Source: Adineta vaga (taxonomy: Eukaryota > Animalia > Rotifera). From it: 64,000 nt of DNA. The position numbers and the translations under genes were made by a program. The notes under the pieces were generated by a model. The model was given only the letters and a program-made list of their open reading frames with translations. It was not told the origin of the DNA and ran no database searches. Position 1 is the first letter of the stretch; every line of letters starts with the position of its first letter. Below are positions 50,755 to 64,000 of the stretch, piece by piece. The stretch is from the NCBI GenBank assembly GCA_021613535.1, contig CP075496.1:6014001-6078000 (forward strand), written 5' to 3'.

Positions 50755-53510
50755 ATGCCGCTTACATTTCCATCATCAGTTGCCAAGAAAGTTCGGTAAA
50801 TTTTAATGAATATTTCTTCCTTTCCTGATTATATTACTATTTTTTCTTTAGTTTGGCTCTTTTACATAAATGTAATAGTAGTCGTAAACGACGTGATGAT
50901 ATAACTACAGTTGATTATAGTCATGGAAATTTATCATCTGTACCAGAAGATATACTTCAATATGAAAATACATTAGAAGAACTTAATCTTGGTGCAAATT
51001 GTCTCCAAGAATTACCAAAAGTAAATAAATGAAATCAATAAATATTTCAATTATTGATCATTGTTTTTCTTCTAGTGGCTTTTTCAATGTCATGCTTTAC
51101 GTCAGTTGATTTTATCAGATAATGAATTAGATTGTTTACCACCATCCATTTCAAGCTTGACAAGTTTAGAACGTTTAGATTTAAGTCGAAATGGTATGAA
51201 AATGTTTATAGAATATCAATAGAAAAGAATTCAATCTATTTTCTTATCTAGATTTAGTAGCACTACCAGATAATATTCGTTATTGTAAACAATTAACATC
51301 CGTTGATTGTAGTTCGAATAGATTGGAAAGGTATGATGAAAATTTTCGTTGATATATAAATAAAATCAAATGATTTAGACTATGTGAAGGATTAACAATG
51401 TTAGTTAATTTACATGAATTGTATCTTAATGACACTTTATTGGAATTTTTACCTGGCAATTTTGGACGGTAAGTAGAAAATACTGTCGAACGGATTTCTA
51501 AACTTATTGATTTTATTTTTAGTTTAACAGAATTAAAAATCTTAGAAATGCGTGCAACACGAATGCGTCTATTACCTGTAACATTACCAAAACTAACTAA
51601 ACTTGAACGACTTGATTTAGGTGCTAATTCTTTCATTGAATTCGTACGTAGTAAAGAAAATGAATTAATTCTGTTATCAATATTTTCTATGAACTATTTC
51701 TTTCAGCCTAATGTATTAACAAATCTTCCATCTTTGCAAGAATTATGGCTTGATTCTAATAAATTGATTTCAATAGATAATGTAAGTGATCATCTGATTG
51801 TATTCAATTTGAGATATAAATTTATCGTTATTATTTTCAGACTAAGAAAGATTAAAGAAGGTATTTCGCTTTTCTCAACCCTTTGTCTATCTTCTTCATG
51901 CTTTAAATATATTTGAATTATGTGGAATAGAATCTAACAATTTATCTTTTTTTTAGTCAATTGATCAATTAAAAAATCTGACATTTCTCGATCTTTCACA
52001 AAATCAATTAACTGAATTACCAAGTTCAATCGGTCATTGTAAATTAACTGATTTACATGTATCCGATAATTTTCTTACGACATTTCCAGAAACTATTGGT
52101 AAAACAAACGATTTCTTCTAATCAATTCCATTTCTCTCTCTCTCTCATTTTATCTTCTGTTTCTAGCTAACATAACAACACTGCAGATTTTAACAGCTAA
52201 TAACAATCAAATTGATCGTTTACCCAATAATATTGGGAAGTAAGTTAAATAAAAACGAATTCTTTTTATAAAATATAAAACACGACATTTTCTCATTTAG
52301 TATGTCATCATTAGTGGAATTACATTTATCATTTAATAATCTTACATTAATACCACCAAGTATCGGTTTATTACATCGTCTTCAATTTCTTGCTTTAGAT
52401 CATAATCAAATTCAATCGATACCTGCTAGTGTAAGAAAAAGAATTTTCTTTTTTCTCGTCTATGAAGAGAACAAGAATTTTATTGAAATAGATTGGAAGT
52501 TGTTCAAGTTTAAGTGTATTTTCATTACGTTCAAATTGTTTGACACAATTACCCGATGAAATTGGTCGATTATCGTCATTGAGAGTACTGAATGTTAGCG
52601 GTAAGAATTCCTAAATGAAAATCAACAATTCAAGAAATATTTTACTTTCTTTTTTTTTTCATAGGAAATTTTCTTCAATATTTACCTTTTACATTATTGA
52701 AACTGAAAAATTTACAAGCTTTATGGATGAATGAAAATCAGGTAAATTCGACGTTTGAATTATGTTATAATGTTCAATTTTTGTTTTAGGCAAAACCTTT
52801 AATTGCTTTCGAACAAGAACGTCATCCATCAACGGGACAGCGTGTTCTTACCTGTATACTTTTACCACAAACAGATCCTTCAATGAATCGATATATATCA
52901 AGTAAAGTTTTTCTTCCATAAGAAATTCTCATTTCTATCATTATATTGTTTTTTCTAGAAAATCGTTTTACTACCGAACAAATCATCGATTATTCAGATC
53001 GTTTAACAACTCTTCGTTTCGCTAATGATACTATTGATGAACCAGTAAGAAAATCGTTCATAATTCATCAGTTTGATTGATTGAATTTTCTCTAGCATAA
53101 TCTTGTTCGAAATCCAACGCCATATCCTAAAGAAATGCGAGCATTTGCTAATATTCTTCGAAATTATAATCATAATAAACAACGTCCAGTACCTCAATCA
53201 CCTAAAGTAAAAGAAACAAAATTCTCATTCAACATGTCATTATTCTGAATCTTTTTAGAAATATTCATCTTCATCGAATTTATTAATGGTTTGTGATGAT
53301 ATTCCTACAGATGAAACATGGGGTGAACATATAAATTCCGCATCAATTGGCTCAATGAATGCCGATCCTTTATGTTGTCCATTAGCACAAAGTCATGATG
53401 AATTACTATGTAGCACTAGTCCATTAGGTGAGATCGGACGAAATCGTCCGGATCTTTTACCTGGACAAATCAATGATATTGATGAAAATAAAAGTAATCA
53501 TTCATTCTAG
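50755..53510 (+). CDS. LAP-family LRR protein (Erbin/Densin-like LRR + LAPSD), no PDZ domain
   Basis: [30 protein letters not shown]; LRR series; [14 protein letters not shown]...VLTCILLPQ; [13 protein letters not shown]; stop at 53510. Confidence 0.88.
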
Positions 53511-53808
53511 TTGTTTTTGTAAATAAGAACAGTGTTCTTATGGATGTAAGTCGAAAAATATATATTTCTTTTTTCTTTTTTCATTGAAACTCAAAGTGTT
53601 GTGAATGTGTGCAATCATAAAAAAAGACAATTGTAATCTTCTTCCTATTGTTTATTTGTTTGTTTGTTGATGAATTCATTCTGAAGAGAAGAAAAATACT
53701 GAAAAAATTATTTATATGAAATAGTTGTAGAGATAAATTTGTTGTTTAATATTCTAGATTAAAAAAAAAAAGAAAAGGAAACTTTACTCGTTTTGTTAAG
53801 AATCAATA

Positions 53809-54586
53809 ATGAATTCATCAAAAGCTGAAGCTGAAAATATTGAACCATCTGCTGGAAAAGAAATGCTCGAGAAATATTGGGCAGAAATAAAAAATGAAAT
53901 TGATGATATTAATATTGTAAGTAGGAATATTTTCAAATATGAATTGTATGAATGCGTTTGATTCTAGGTGGAATTTCGAACAACCGATCTTCCATTAGCT
54001 CGTATAAAGAAGATTATGAAATTGGATGATGATGTAAAAATGATTAGTGCAGAAGTTCCGATCCTTTTTGCTAAAGCAGCAGAATTATTTATTCAAGAAT
54101 TAACGATTCATTCCTGGTTACAAACAGAAGAAAGTCGTCGTCGTACATTACAAGTTCGTTTTGAAGAGATAGAATTAAGAGAGAGAAAAATAAACACCTT
54201 GTTTTATTTTAGAGAAATGATGTCGCTGCAGCTATTTCGAAGAATGAACTTTTTGATTTTCTTATTGATATTGTTCCACGAGAAGAAGCAACAAAAACAC
54301 ATAAGAAAAAAGATGCCGTTAGCGAAGTACAATATATTGTTACTTTACCAACATCAGGTGGTATGGGTAATACAATTCAATTACCAAGTATGTTATTATT
54401 TACATTTGTTTTTGAAAATAAACATAAGATTATCTGAGTTTTAGATGGTCAAATCATTCAGTTACCTCAAAATCTATCATCAAATATTGTTACTATGGCA
54501 GTAAGTTGATTGTATACTTTGTCTTAAATAATTCTTCTCTTTAGAGTCCACAAGGTACCCAACAACAATATACCATTGGACCTTAA
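53809..54586 (+). CDS. NFYC: Nuclear transcription factor Y subunit gamma, copy 1 (short tail)
   Basis: [39 protein letters not shown]...RRTLQRNDVA...[12 protein letters not shown]. Confidence 0.93.
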
Positions 54587-54832
54587 ATGAAATCGTCTAT
54601 TTCTTTTTCATTGATTTGTGCAATGTTCAGATATCTTACACTTCTTTCGTAGATATGTTTGTTTGTAAACCAAGAAAAAATCAACACTTCTTTCTCTCTC
54701 TATTTTTTCTTCGTCCTCTTTTTGTTGTTGCTGTTGTTGTTGTTGTATATATGTACATGTTTTTCGATGAATATCTTTCTTGGTGTTCTTCATCAGTCAT
54801 CTAACTCTGAATGTATTCTAGATAATAGAAAT

Positions 54833-56099
54833 ATGACACAATCAACAACAAATGAAAAAAATGAATCTTTACAACCAACAGAAGGTGCGGAAATGCTTGA
54901 ACGATTTTGGTCTGAAATACGTTCTGAAGTTGATTCAATAAATATCGTCTGTTGAATTCTTTGAAAATTATCAATGTAAGTGAATTAACTTTTTTTCTAT
55001 TTAGATGGATTTTCATGCTAGTGAATTGCCATTAGCACGTATTAAAAAAATCATGAAACTAGATGATGATGTCAAAATGATTAGTGCTGAAGTGCCCGTA
55101 CTATTTGCAAAAGCTGCCGAAATGTTCATTCATGAACTAACATTACGTTCATGGCTTCATACCGAAGAAAGTAAACGACGAACATTACAGGTCTGATAGA
55201 TTATTTTCATCTAATCGATGATTGTTAGTTTTCGATTTTTATAGAGAAATGATGTAGCTATGGCAATAACAAAATATGAACAGTTTGATTTTTTAATTGA
55301 TATTGTACCTCGTGAAGAATCAAAACCACATAAGAAACATGTATATTTAACAAATAATTTATGAAAAGAATGTTGTTTTTTTTTGTATTCTTACTTTAGG
55401 ATAATAATATGGGTGAAGTTCAATATATTGTCACACTTCCACAAGCGAGCCAGCCAAGTGCTATTCAATTACCAAGTAATGAATTAATGGATGAATATAT
55501 GTCTATCTCATTTCTTTTGTTTCTAAAATTAGATGGACAAATTATTCAATTATCTCCATCAATACAATCGCCATTTGTCACTCTCGGTGTAAATATAGTT
55601 GTCCACAAAGGAATTCTCATTTGTAATTTTCTTTTTCATCTTTTCTCAGAATTCCGGTCAACAGTATGCAATTTTATCGCAACCTAATCAAATTCAATCA
55701 CCAGCTCAATATATTCAAATTGCTGCACCACAAGTAGCTGAAGTATGAAAGTATTCTTCTTGGTTTCTTCAATTTCTTTCAAACATTTTAGCAACAACAA
55801 ACAAATGCATCTGCTAAAAATATCCATGTATCGGGAACATCCAATACAATTCAATCACAACCACGGCCTGCTACTTCCGCTCATGTAAGTTTTTCTATGA
55901 AACTTTTCTGAAATAATAACAATCTGTCGTTCTCCTACAGATTACAATAACAGCAGCACAATTACAACAAATTTTGAGTGCTTCACAAAAAAATAATTCA
56001 AGTAATTCAACAACAACAAAAACAGTATCACAAATTGATAGTACAAATCAATTAACCGATGAAACAAACAATGTCGATATTAAACAACAACCTGTCTAA
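54833..56099 (+). CDS. NFYC: Nuclear transcription factor Y subunit gamma, copy 2 (long Q-rich tail)
   Basis: [39 protein letters not shown]...[30 protein letters not shown]. Confidence 0.93.
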
Positions 56100-56451
56100 A
56101 AAAATTAATCCAATAATTGAACAGAAAAACACAGACATACATTTTTCAGTTTTTTTTTTCGTTTTTTTTCTTCTTCTTTCACGTGCCATTGTTGTCTCGA
56201 AGAACGTGTATCTTTGATTGGCGTTGGATAAAATGCTGTGAATTTTTTTTTTCGTTTTGCTTCCTAGTACTTATAATAACAAAATGTTGCATTTCGACAA
56301 CATTTTCTTATGTAGATTTTGTAAAATGATTGTTTTCAAGTTAACTTACTGAGAAAGAAAAACAACAACATACATAGATTTTAAGTAGATGAACTTCTGC
56401 TTTCTCTTTTTCTTTTTGTTTCAAGATAAATCAGCAAGGAAAAAGACAGAA

Positions 56452-57532
<1,081 letters not shown>

Positions 57533-59745
57533 ATTTAACAAATTTAGTTTTTTTGTTTGAAAAAGAAAACAAGAGTTTATTTATCTTTATAAACTTCAAT
57601 TGATTGAGTTTTTCTATATGAATATCTGTGATTAAAAAAGCAATTCATTGAAAACTGACAAAAGCAGTTTAAGTCTCAAATGGCTAAGTTCTTTTAACGT
57701 AATAATTAATCGAATTATCCGTACTAGAAGAAAATTTCGATGAATAATATTAATTATTCATTTCAGTGGGAGGTTAATGTCTTTAGAGAATGTTAAAAGA
57801 TATCTTTCAACAAAGACACTAATATCATTAGATAACGATCGTTTTCTTTCGTAAATGAATTGATGTCAATATAGACATATAATTTATTCGATGACATTTA
57901 TCTCCTCAATATATATTATTAGTATTAGAAGTCGAAAAAGAGTTCATTGTACTTAAACAGATCAGTTCTTGTTTCTTTCTGATTAATTACTTTGAATAAT
58001 GAACGTAAAGAACATTTGATAGAAGAAAGGTTTAGTTAGTTGAAAGATTTGCTTTTATTTAGACATAAAAACATCTCATTATTTCTATAATTACCGATCA
58101 GAATTCTATCCAACTGAGATTACAGGAAATGTCTTTTGTACTTCTAATATCACACTATAGAATAATCAATTCAAAAAGAAACATATTTATGTTTTTTGGA
58201 CAAGATAAATTTATCAATACAACACAGTCGGATGCATCATAGATGACATAAATCTCTTCTCACAAAGAATTTCGTTGTTTATTTACTCTATTGAAATCTA
58301 ACAATAATTAATAATTTTTTTTTCTCTAATTATTTATAGAAGTTGAATGTCAGTCAAACTTTGAAAAGAGTCTAGTAGATCAATGAAATAAAAATAGATA
58401 AGCATCTTATGATCTTCAATGAAGAAAGTTATTCTGACATTTATTTTTCATTCCAAATTAGAACGAGTATTATTTAGAATTATTTTGCATGAATAGAGCT
58501 AACAGGGTCAAATCTATATGACCCAAATTTAAATCGACGAGTTCTTACAAACATATTTTGAGTGAAGTTTTTTCTTCTAAACATTAAAAATAACAAAACT
58601 TTTGTACTGCATGTGATAATCTATTCAGTAATCATGATAAAACTAATTCAAAAGGTTGGATTTAGAAAAGCGATATTTTAGTAGACAGGTTTCTTTGAAA
58701 ATATCTTTTATTGACGATATTTGCGTTTCATTTATCATATTATTGTAACTAATTAATTAATGTAATATGAGATGATATAAAAATAGTTACTTATGTTAGT
58801 CCACGCAGTAAACTACTTCTTTCTTATTTGTCATCACACAGTTTAGCAGCATGTGATCTTTGTCTAATTGTAAAGATACTATAGTTTCGAACGGAAATCA
58901 TTACATATTCAATTTTATGCCGCAACTTGTGATGTATTATTTTTACTTTTTATTATGCACGATTTGAGTTATTCATGTCTACTTTTTCGTCTTTACATGA
59001 TTCAATACGATCGATATTGAAATATGATCTGCTGATAATTTGAATCAAAACTACGTCAGACCATTATTAGTCTGCGATTCTTTTAATGATGATTGCCTTG
59101 GGCTAGAAAGATAAGTAAAATACCGTGTTACACTATAATACAGCTCGGTTCTTCAATAGATGATTGTGTCACATGCTCATATAATAATAACTAGGCATCG
59201 AGTACAATTGTATCTATATAATGTTTTCAACTAGAAAGAATTCCATGCGATTCTCATATAAAACTTATTAATGAGGCTATAAGACAATTCTTTAGAACTT
59301 TCGATAAGCACATCTAACAATCTTCGTATCGAATAATTATTAAAAATTTAACTGAATTCTACTGCTGATCAATGAGTCGATATGATATTTATAGATCAAA
59401 ACATTAACTGTCAGTTTCGTATTTAATATCCAGCTGTTCTTTTTCATCAAAAAACAGCAAACAATATTAATTTAGTTACAGCAAGATATACGATTGTTTT
59501 CTGTTGACATTAGAATGTCTACTTATTGAATCGATAAACTTCATCTCTTTGTCAATCAATCATTGTCATTATCTAATGAGAATTGCTGTTTGTTTTTCTT
59601 CGAAAGGTCATAGTAAATAATAAACAACAAGACTAAGCAATCGAACAAGAATTTTATATATAACAACAAATAATTACATATACATTCATTTGTTAAACGA
59701 ATACATTCGGTATATTTGTCATACAAAAAAGAAAGAAAGAAGATC

Positions 59746-61151
59746 TCACATTGATGAAGCAGTAGGACGTCTAGATAATGGTGTATTTGAATACCGTGCT
59801 TGATTATATCTTGATCCATGAATATAAGAAGACATATAATAACTTGAACGACGATTTTTTCCATTTCTTACACTAGATTTTGAACGTAATGATGAATGTT
59901 TAAATGCTCGTACTAATTCATTTCTTATATGTTTTCCACTAATAATATATAAATAGAAATTGATTCCATAATTAAAATTAGTTAATAAATCAAATATATC
60001 ATGACTAATATGAAGATAATATTGCCATCTAACATTACAGACATTAAAAACGGAAATATACATAAATTTAACGATGTCTAAACTGGAACCAGGTACATGT
60101 AGTAAAAGATAAACAGATGTTACAATCACTAACATCCGAGAAATTTTATAAACTAATTTCATTTTACGTTGAGCATTACATGAAGTACTTTTATGATCAA
60201 GTAACGAACCTTCATTGAAAAGTTTATTCATGATTAAAATATTCACAGTAATAATTATTGTTAATGGAAGTAATGTCATGAGAAAAAGTCTCCAAACATA
60301 TACAGTTAAAATTAAGTCAAGTTTTAAATATCTATGATTACGAAGAGTTTTACAACGGCAAACTGCCGTTGATGGTGAACAATCGAGACCTTTGATTATA
60401 AAATGATAAGATTGAATACTCATAGTAAATATAAGTATAATGAAAATAATTCGACGTGCATTAACAACTGTACAGATATTTTTTGACCATAAAGGAAATT
60501 TAATCGCAACAAGTCGTTCAACAGCTAAAGCAACGACTATCCTAAGAAAGAATAAGATGACATTGGTTTTCTTTTCAAAAAGATAAATTTCAAATTTTTT
60601 TACCAAGAACTCATTGAATAAAATATATATCGTATATAATTATATATTTTACATGAAATATCACTATGTCGAATAAGAGTGCGTTTATATTCCACTTGAT
60701 GTAATTCATCAAGTGCTGAAAGAACTACAAAACAACACAAAAGTTATAATAGAATCATCAAAAGAAGAATAACATTTTTCATTTACCTTCAGCAAATATA
60801 GCTCCAGTATCGACAATCGCTAAAGCTATCAGATATTGAGTATATGAATTTCGTCTTAAACCTAAAATATCAATTTCACTTTTGTTTTCTTCATCGTCAA
60901 AGAATCAAACTTACGTCGACGACATAAGACTAATAAACATAATATATTTCCACAAAAACCAATTACAAAGACAACTAACGTTCCTGAAAAATGACAAATG
61001 AAATTATGATTTCTTTCAATCATAAGAAAAAAATGTTCGAAGACTAACCAAGATTATTTAACCACCATGCCCAGCTTTTATCTTCCGATTGAATTTTTTT
61101 CGCATAATAGACATCTGCACCAGAAAAATTCACTCCTATGCAATTAGACAT
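59746..61151 (-). CDS. Class A peptide GPCR (FMRFamide-receptor-like, protostome-expanded type); 5 exons
   Basis: TM1 GFCGNIL; TM2 YLIALAIVD; TM3 SSWIVVALAVERLVAIKFPL; TM7 NYGINFYLY. Confidence 0.88.
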
Positions 61152-64000
61152 GCTAAAAAAGGAACAGAAAAAGTCAATCAACTTAAATATTATTCTATTA
61201 GTTTTTACACAGAAACAAATTACAAATGATACAAAGAATTCAGTTGCTCTCCTTCTTTTTCTCATCATCCTATTAGAAGAAAAAGACGACTGTCACATGA
61301 TGTACTTTGGTTTCAAGATACATGTATATATTATATGTTCTTAGTATTGTCTGTCGTAGATTCATTTATCATGAAGTACAAGTCTATTTCTTATTATATT
61401 GACGTATTTTCTTACTAGAGGGGTATTTTTTATGTTTGATTAAGTTTTAATCAGTTATTCTCTAATGTAAAAGAAACAATCGATAAAGTTTCGAATAGAT
61501 TCTAGCTTGATAAATAGAATATTCAATTAACAACAGAGAATTCATTTTCTTTCTATTATTTCATGTTCATATACATATATCAAATATGCTATCGAATCAT
61601 ACTGTACATTCATTTTTTATCTCTTCTATTAAGTCTTGTTTTTGTACTCATAAATTGAGAAAAACAATGTGAACAATAATTTTCTCTATTGTTTCTCACT
61701 AGCAGCGGTTCAATATAACTTTTATGTTTTTTACCTTTCCAATCGTGAATACTTAATATCTTAACCGGAAACACTAGTTTCGATACCGTAATTTCTTTTT
61801 TCTTTATAATAAAACATTTAATGTGTAACTTAAAAATATAAACAAAACATAGACGTTGACTATGTTTATCTATTTGTTTTGAGAATAATCAGTAGACTTC
61901 TTTTATGTCAGAAAATACAGTTCGGAAATGTGTGTTTTATTCATAGTTAGCCATGAATGAAAAGTATAAATTTGCATGTATCGAAGACCTACAGTTTTCC
62001 AGGTTCATGTTTTATCTAGATAATCTTTCATGACCTAAATATGTTCTAATACATACAAAAAGAAGTGTTATTTAAACTGCTAATTTAAGGAGTTACATGG
62101 CAAAAGAGTATTCTTTTAACCTAAGAAAAATTTTTCTAATACTCGATAAATATCATATTATCGGATAACATTCTATAATCGTTATACTTTTGGATAGAAT
62201 TCTAAGCAAAACCTAGAAAAAATATATTTACCGATTAGTATTTTGTGGAAAGAATTGTGTCGTTTGATTGTCCATATTGAATTACACGAAAAATTTATTG
62301 AGCAAAGCTTATCATTGCCTTTTTTCTTTCGAAGACGAGAATACGAAGGGAATGTTTTAATAATCGTAAGAATGATTGAGAAAATACTATCACTCAATAA
62401 TGATAATAATGTAATGTCGATTTAATGAGATTTTTTTTCTTCTTGTAATCTCTCTATTCACAAGTTGCTTGTTGTTAATAAGGAATGAAAATAATTTAAC
62501 GGAATGAAATGACAAAATATGTCTATACATGAACTTGTTTCATTGCTATTGTTTTGTCAAATAATGACTACTACACAGCAATGATCCTCACATCATATCC
62601 AACGACAGAAGGACATTTCTCAGTAAAGGTTTTTCTTCTTCTTCTTTACATCTCTTTTCTATTTCTTTCTCTTTTTTTTCTCTCTATCTCTCTATCTTGA
62701 TTTTAACATAATAATGGAGAAATAGAGGAGGAGGAATACGCATTGCTAGTAAAGAGAAGAGGAAATATAAAGCGTCTTTACGAACAAAGATAAAACAACG
62801 GATGATGAATAGACTAAACTGTGTAACGATTTGCAGTAAATAAAAGAGAACAAAAACGAATGATCCACATGAGACAAAGAATGATAGATAAGAAGGTCTT
62901 TTTCACATAACATCATCGACTAACTACCTCTCCATAGAGTTCTACTTATTAAAGAAAACGGAGAGAAATATAATAGATCATTTAAAATCTTGAACATGAT
63001 TCTTTTAAAATATATATACACCACGCACCATTGAAAACTTATTTGAATTTAATGAATTTCTTTTGAAATCATGTTTTTCTTAGATGATGTCGTGATATAA
63101 CTAAACATGGAAGTTTTGATTTCCTTTTGTTCTCTTATATTTACTAGACCAAAAGATGAATGTTAGCGAAAGGAAACAATTAGATTTCGAATTGCATCAT
63201 TAGAAAATATTGTTTTACATTTTCTTGATAATCATTTTATCGACGTGTGACTTGCATAACTAATATTCATGGTGAGAAAAACAAACCTCATGACATTCTC
63301 TTACATCAAATGACCAATAAAAGAAAAACAATCTTGAATCTAAAGAAATATAGATTTATGTCTGTCTACTTTTAATCTGATTGACAACAGAAGAGTCTGA
63401 TTTAATCCAGATATTCATGTTTATTCGTTATAATCGATAACTGTCTATCAATTTCATACCAACTGACGATACTGTCTTTTTATATTCTAATATTCTAATA
63501 TTCTATTGATAAAAAAATGAATCAAGCTGTATATTCTAATAGAAAAGAATGGGACAAAAATGCTAATATGCATATAGAAGAAAACAGATATTGAAATCTT
63601 ACATACTCGTTGTGCACCAATCTGCAAAAATATGATACTTTTGCTGAAGTATGTCTCTCTCTCTCTCTCTTTCCTTTTCTTTTATATCTGATGTAAACAA
63701 TAAAAAAAAATGAGAAAGCAATTCTTTGTGTACATAGAAAATCGATTGATTATTCCATCCACTAAAAACAAATGTCAAACAGTATTTCTATCGCTTCTTT
63801 ACTTCGACAGTAATACTGTATAATAAAATCGAATCAATATCAAATAAGTCTGTCTTGAATCTTCTAAATATACTTACATGTAAAGAAAAAGAAAATATGC
63901 ATTGCTTACTGCTTGTCTATCTGATGAAAAAAAATGACACTATGAAAGAAAGAAAAATCCTGGCTTGAAAAGTTTTAGCTTTTTTTAACCTGAAGAAATG

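Overview
This is AT-rich eukaryotic (animal) genomic DNA: gene-dense, with mostly ~50-60 nt GT-AG introns and frequent CGT/CGA Arg codons. The style suggests a bdelloid rotifer (inference, not verified). About 24 spliced genes can be reconstructed by eye: centriolin, a Ly6/uPAR GPI protein, hnRNP K, CFAP299, a heme peroxidase, an SLC5 transporter, YEATS4, myosin IE, two divergent paralogous small membrane proteins, a motor-dead MKLP1/KIF23-like kinesin, a divergent RRM protein next to hnRNP A, CSTPP1, ACBD5-like, prefoldin 3, a tail-less lamin, cornichon, MTFMT, a PDZ-less Erbin-like LAP, two tandem NF-YC genes, FDX2 and a peptide GPCR. The main finding is the apparently empty 45.1-49.4 kb region. 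It is an array of about 45 units with ~91-bp period. Each unit is a ~72-76 nt hairpin with a conserved, co-varying basal stem (TTCA...TGAA), a conserved T where a Drosha-type 5p product would start, and a different sequence after it. The array exactly fills a predicted 4.3-kb intron of a tiny secreted-peptide gene, so it looks like an undescribed intronic microRNA-like megacluster. Weaker hairpin clusters occur at ~5.3, ~32.3 and ~57.8-59.5 kb. No transposon, rRNA, tRNA or true CRISPR locus was recognised. All gene models, alignments and folds were done by eye.
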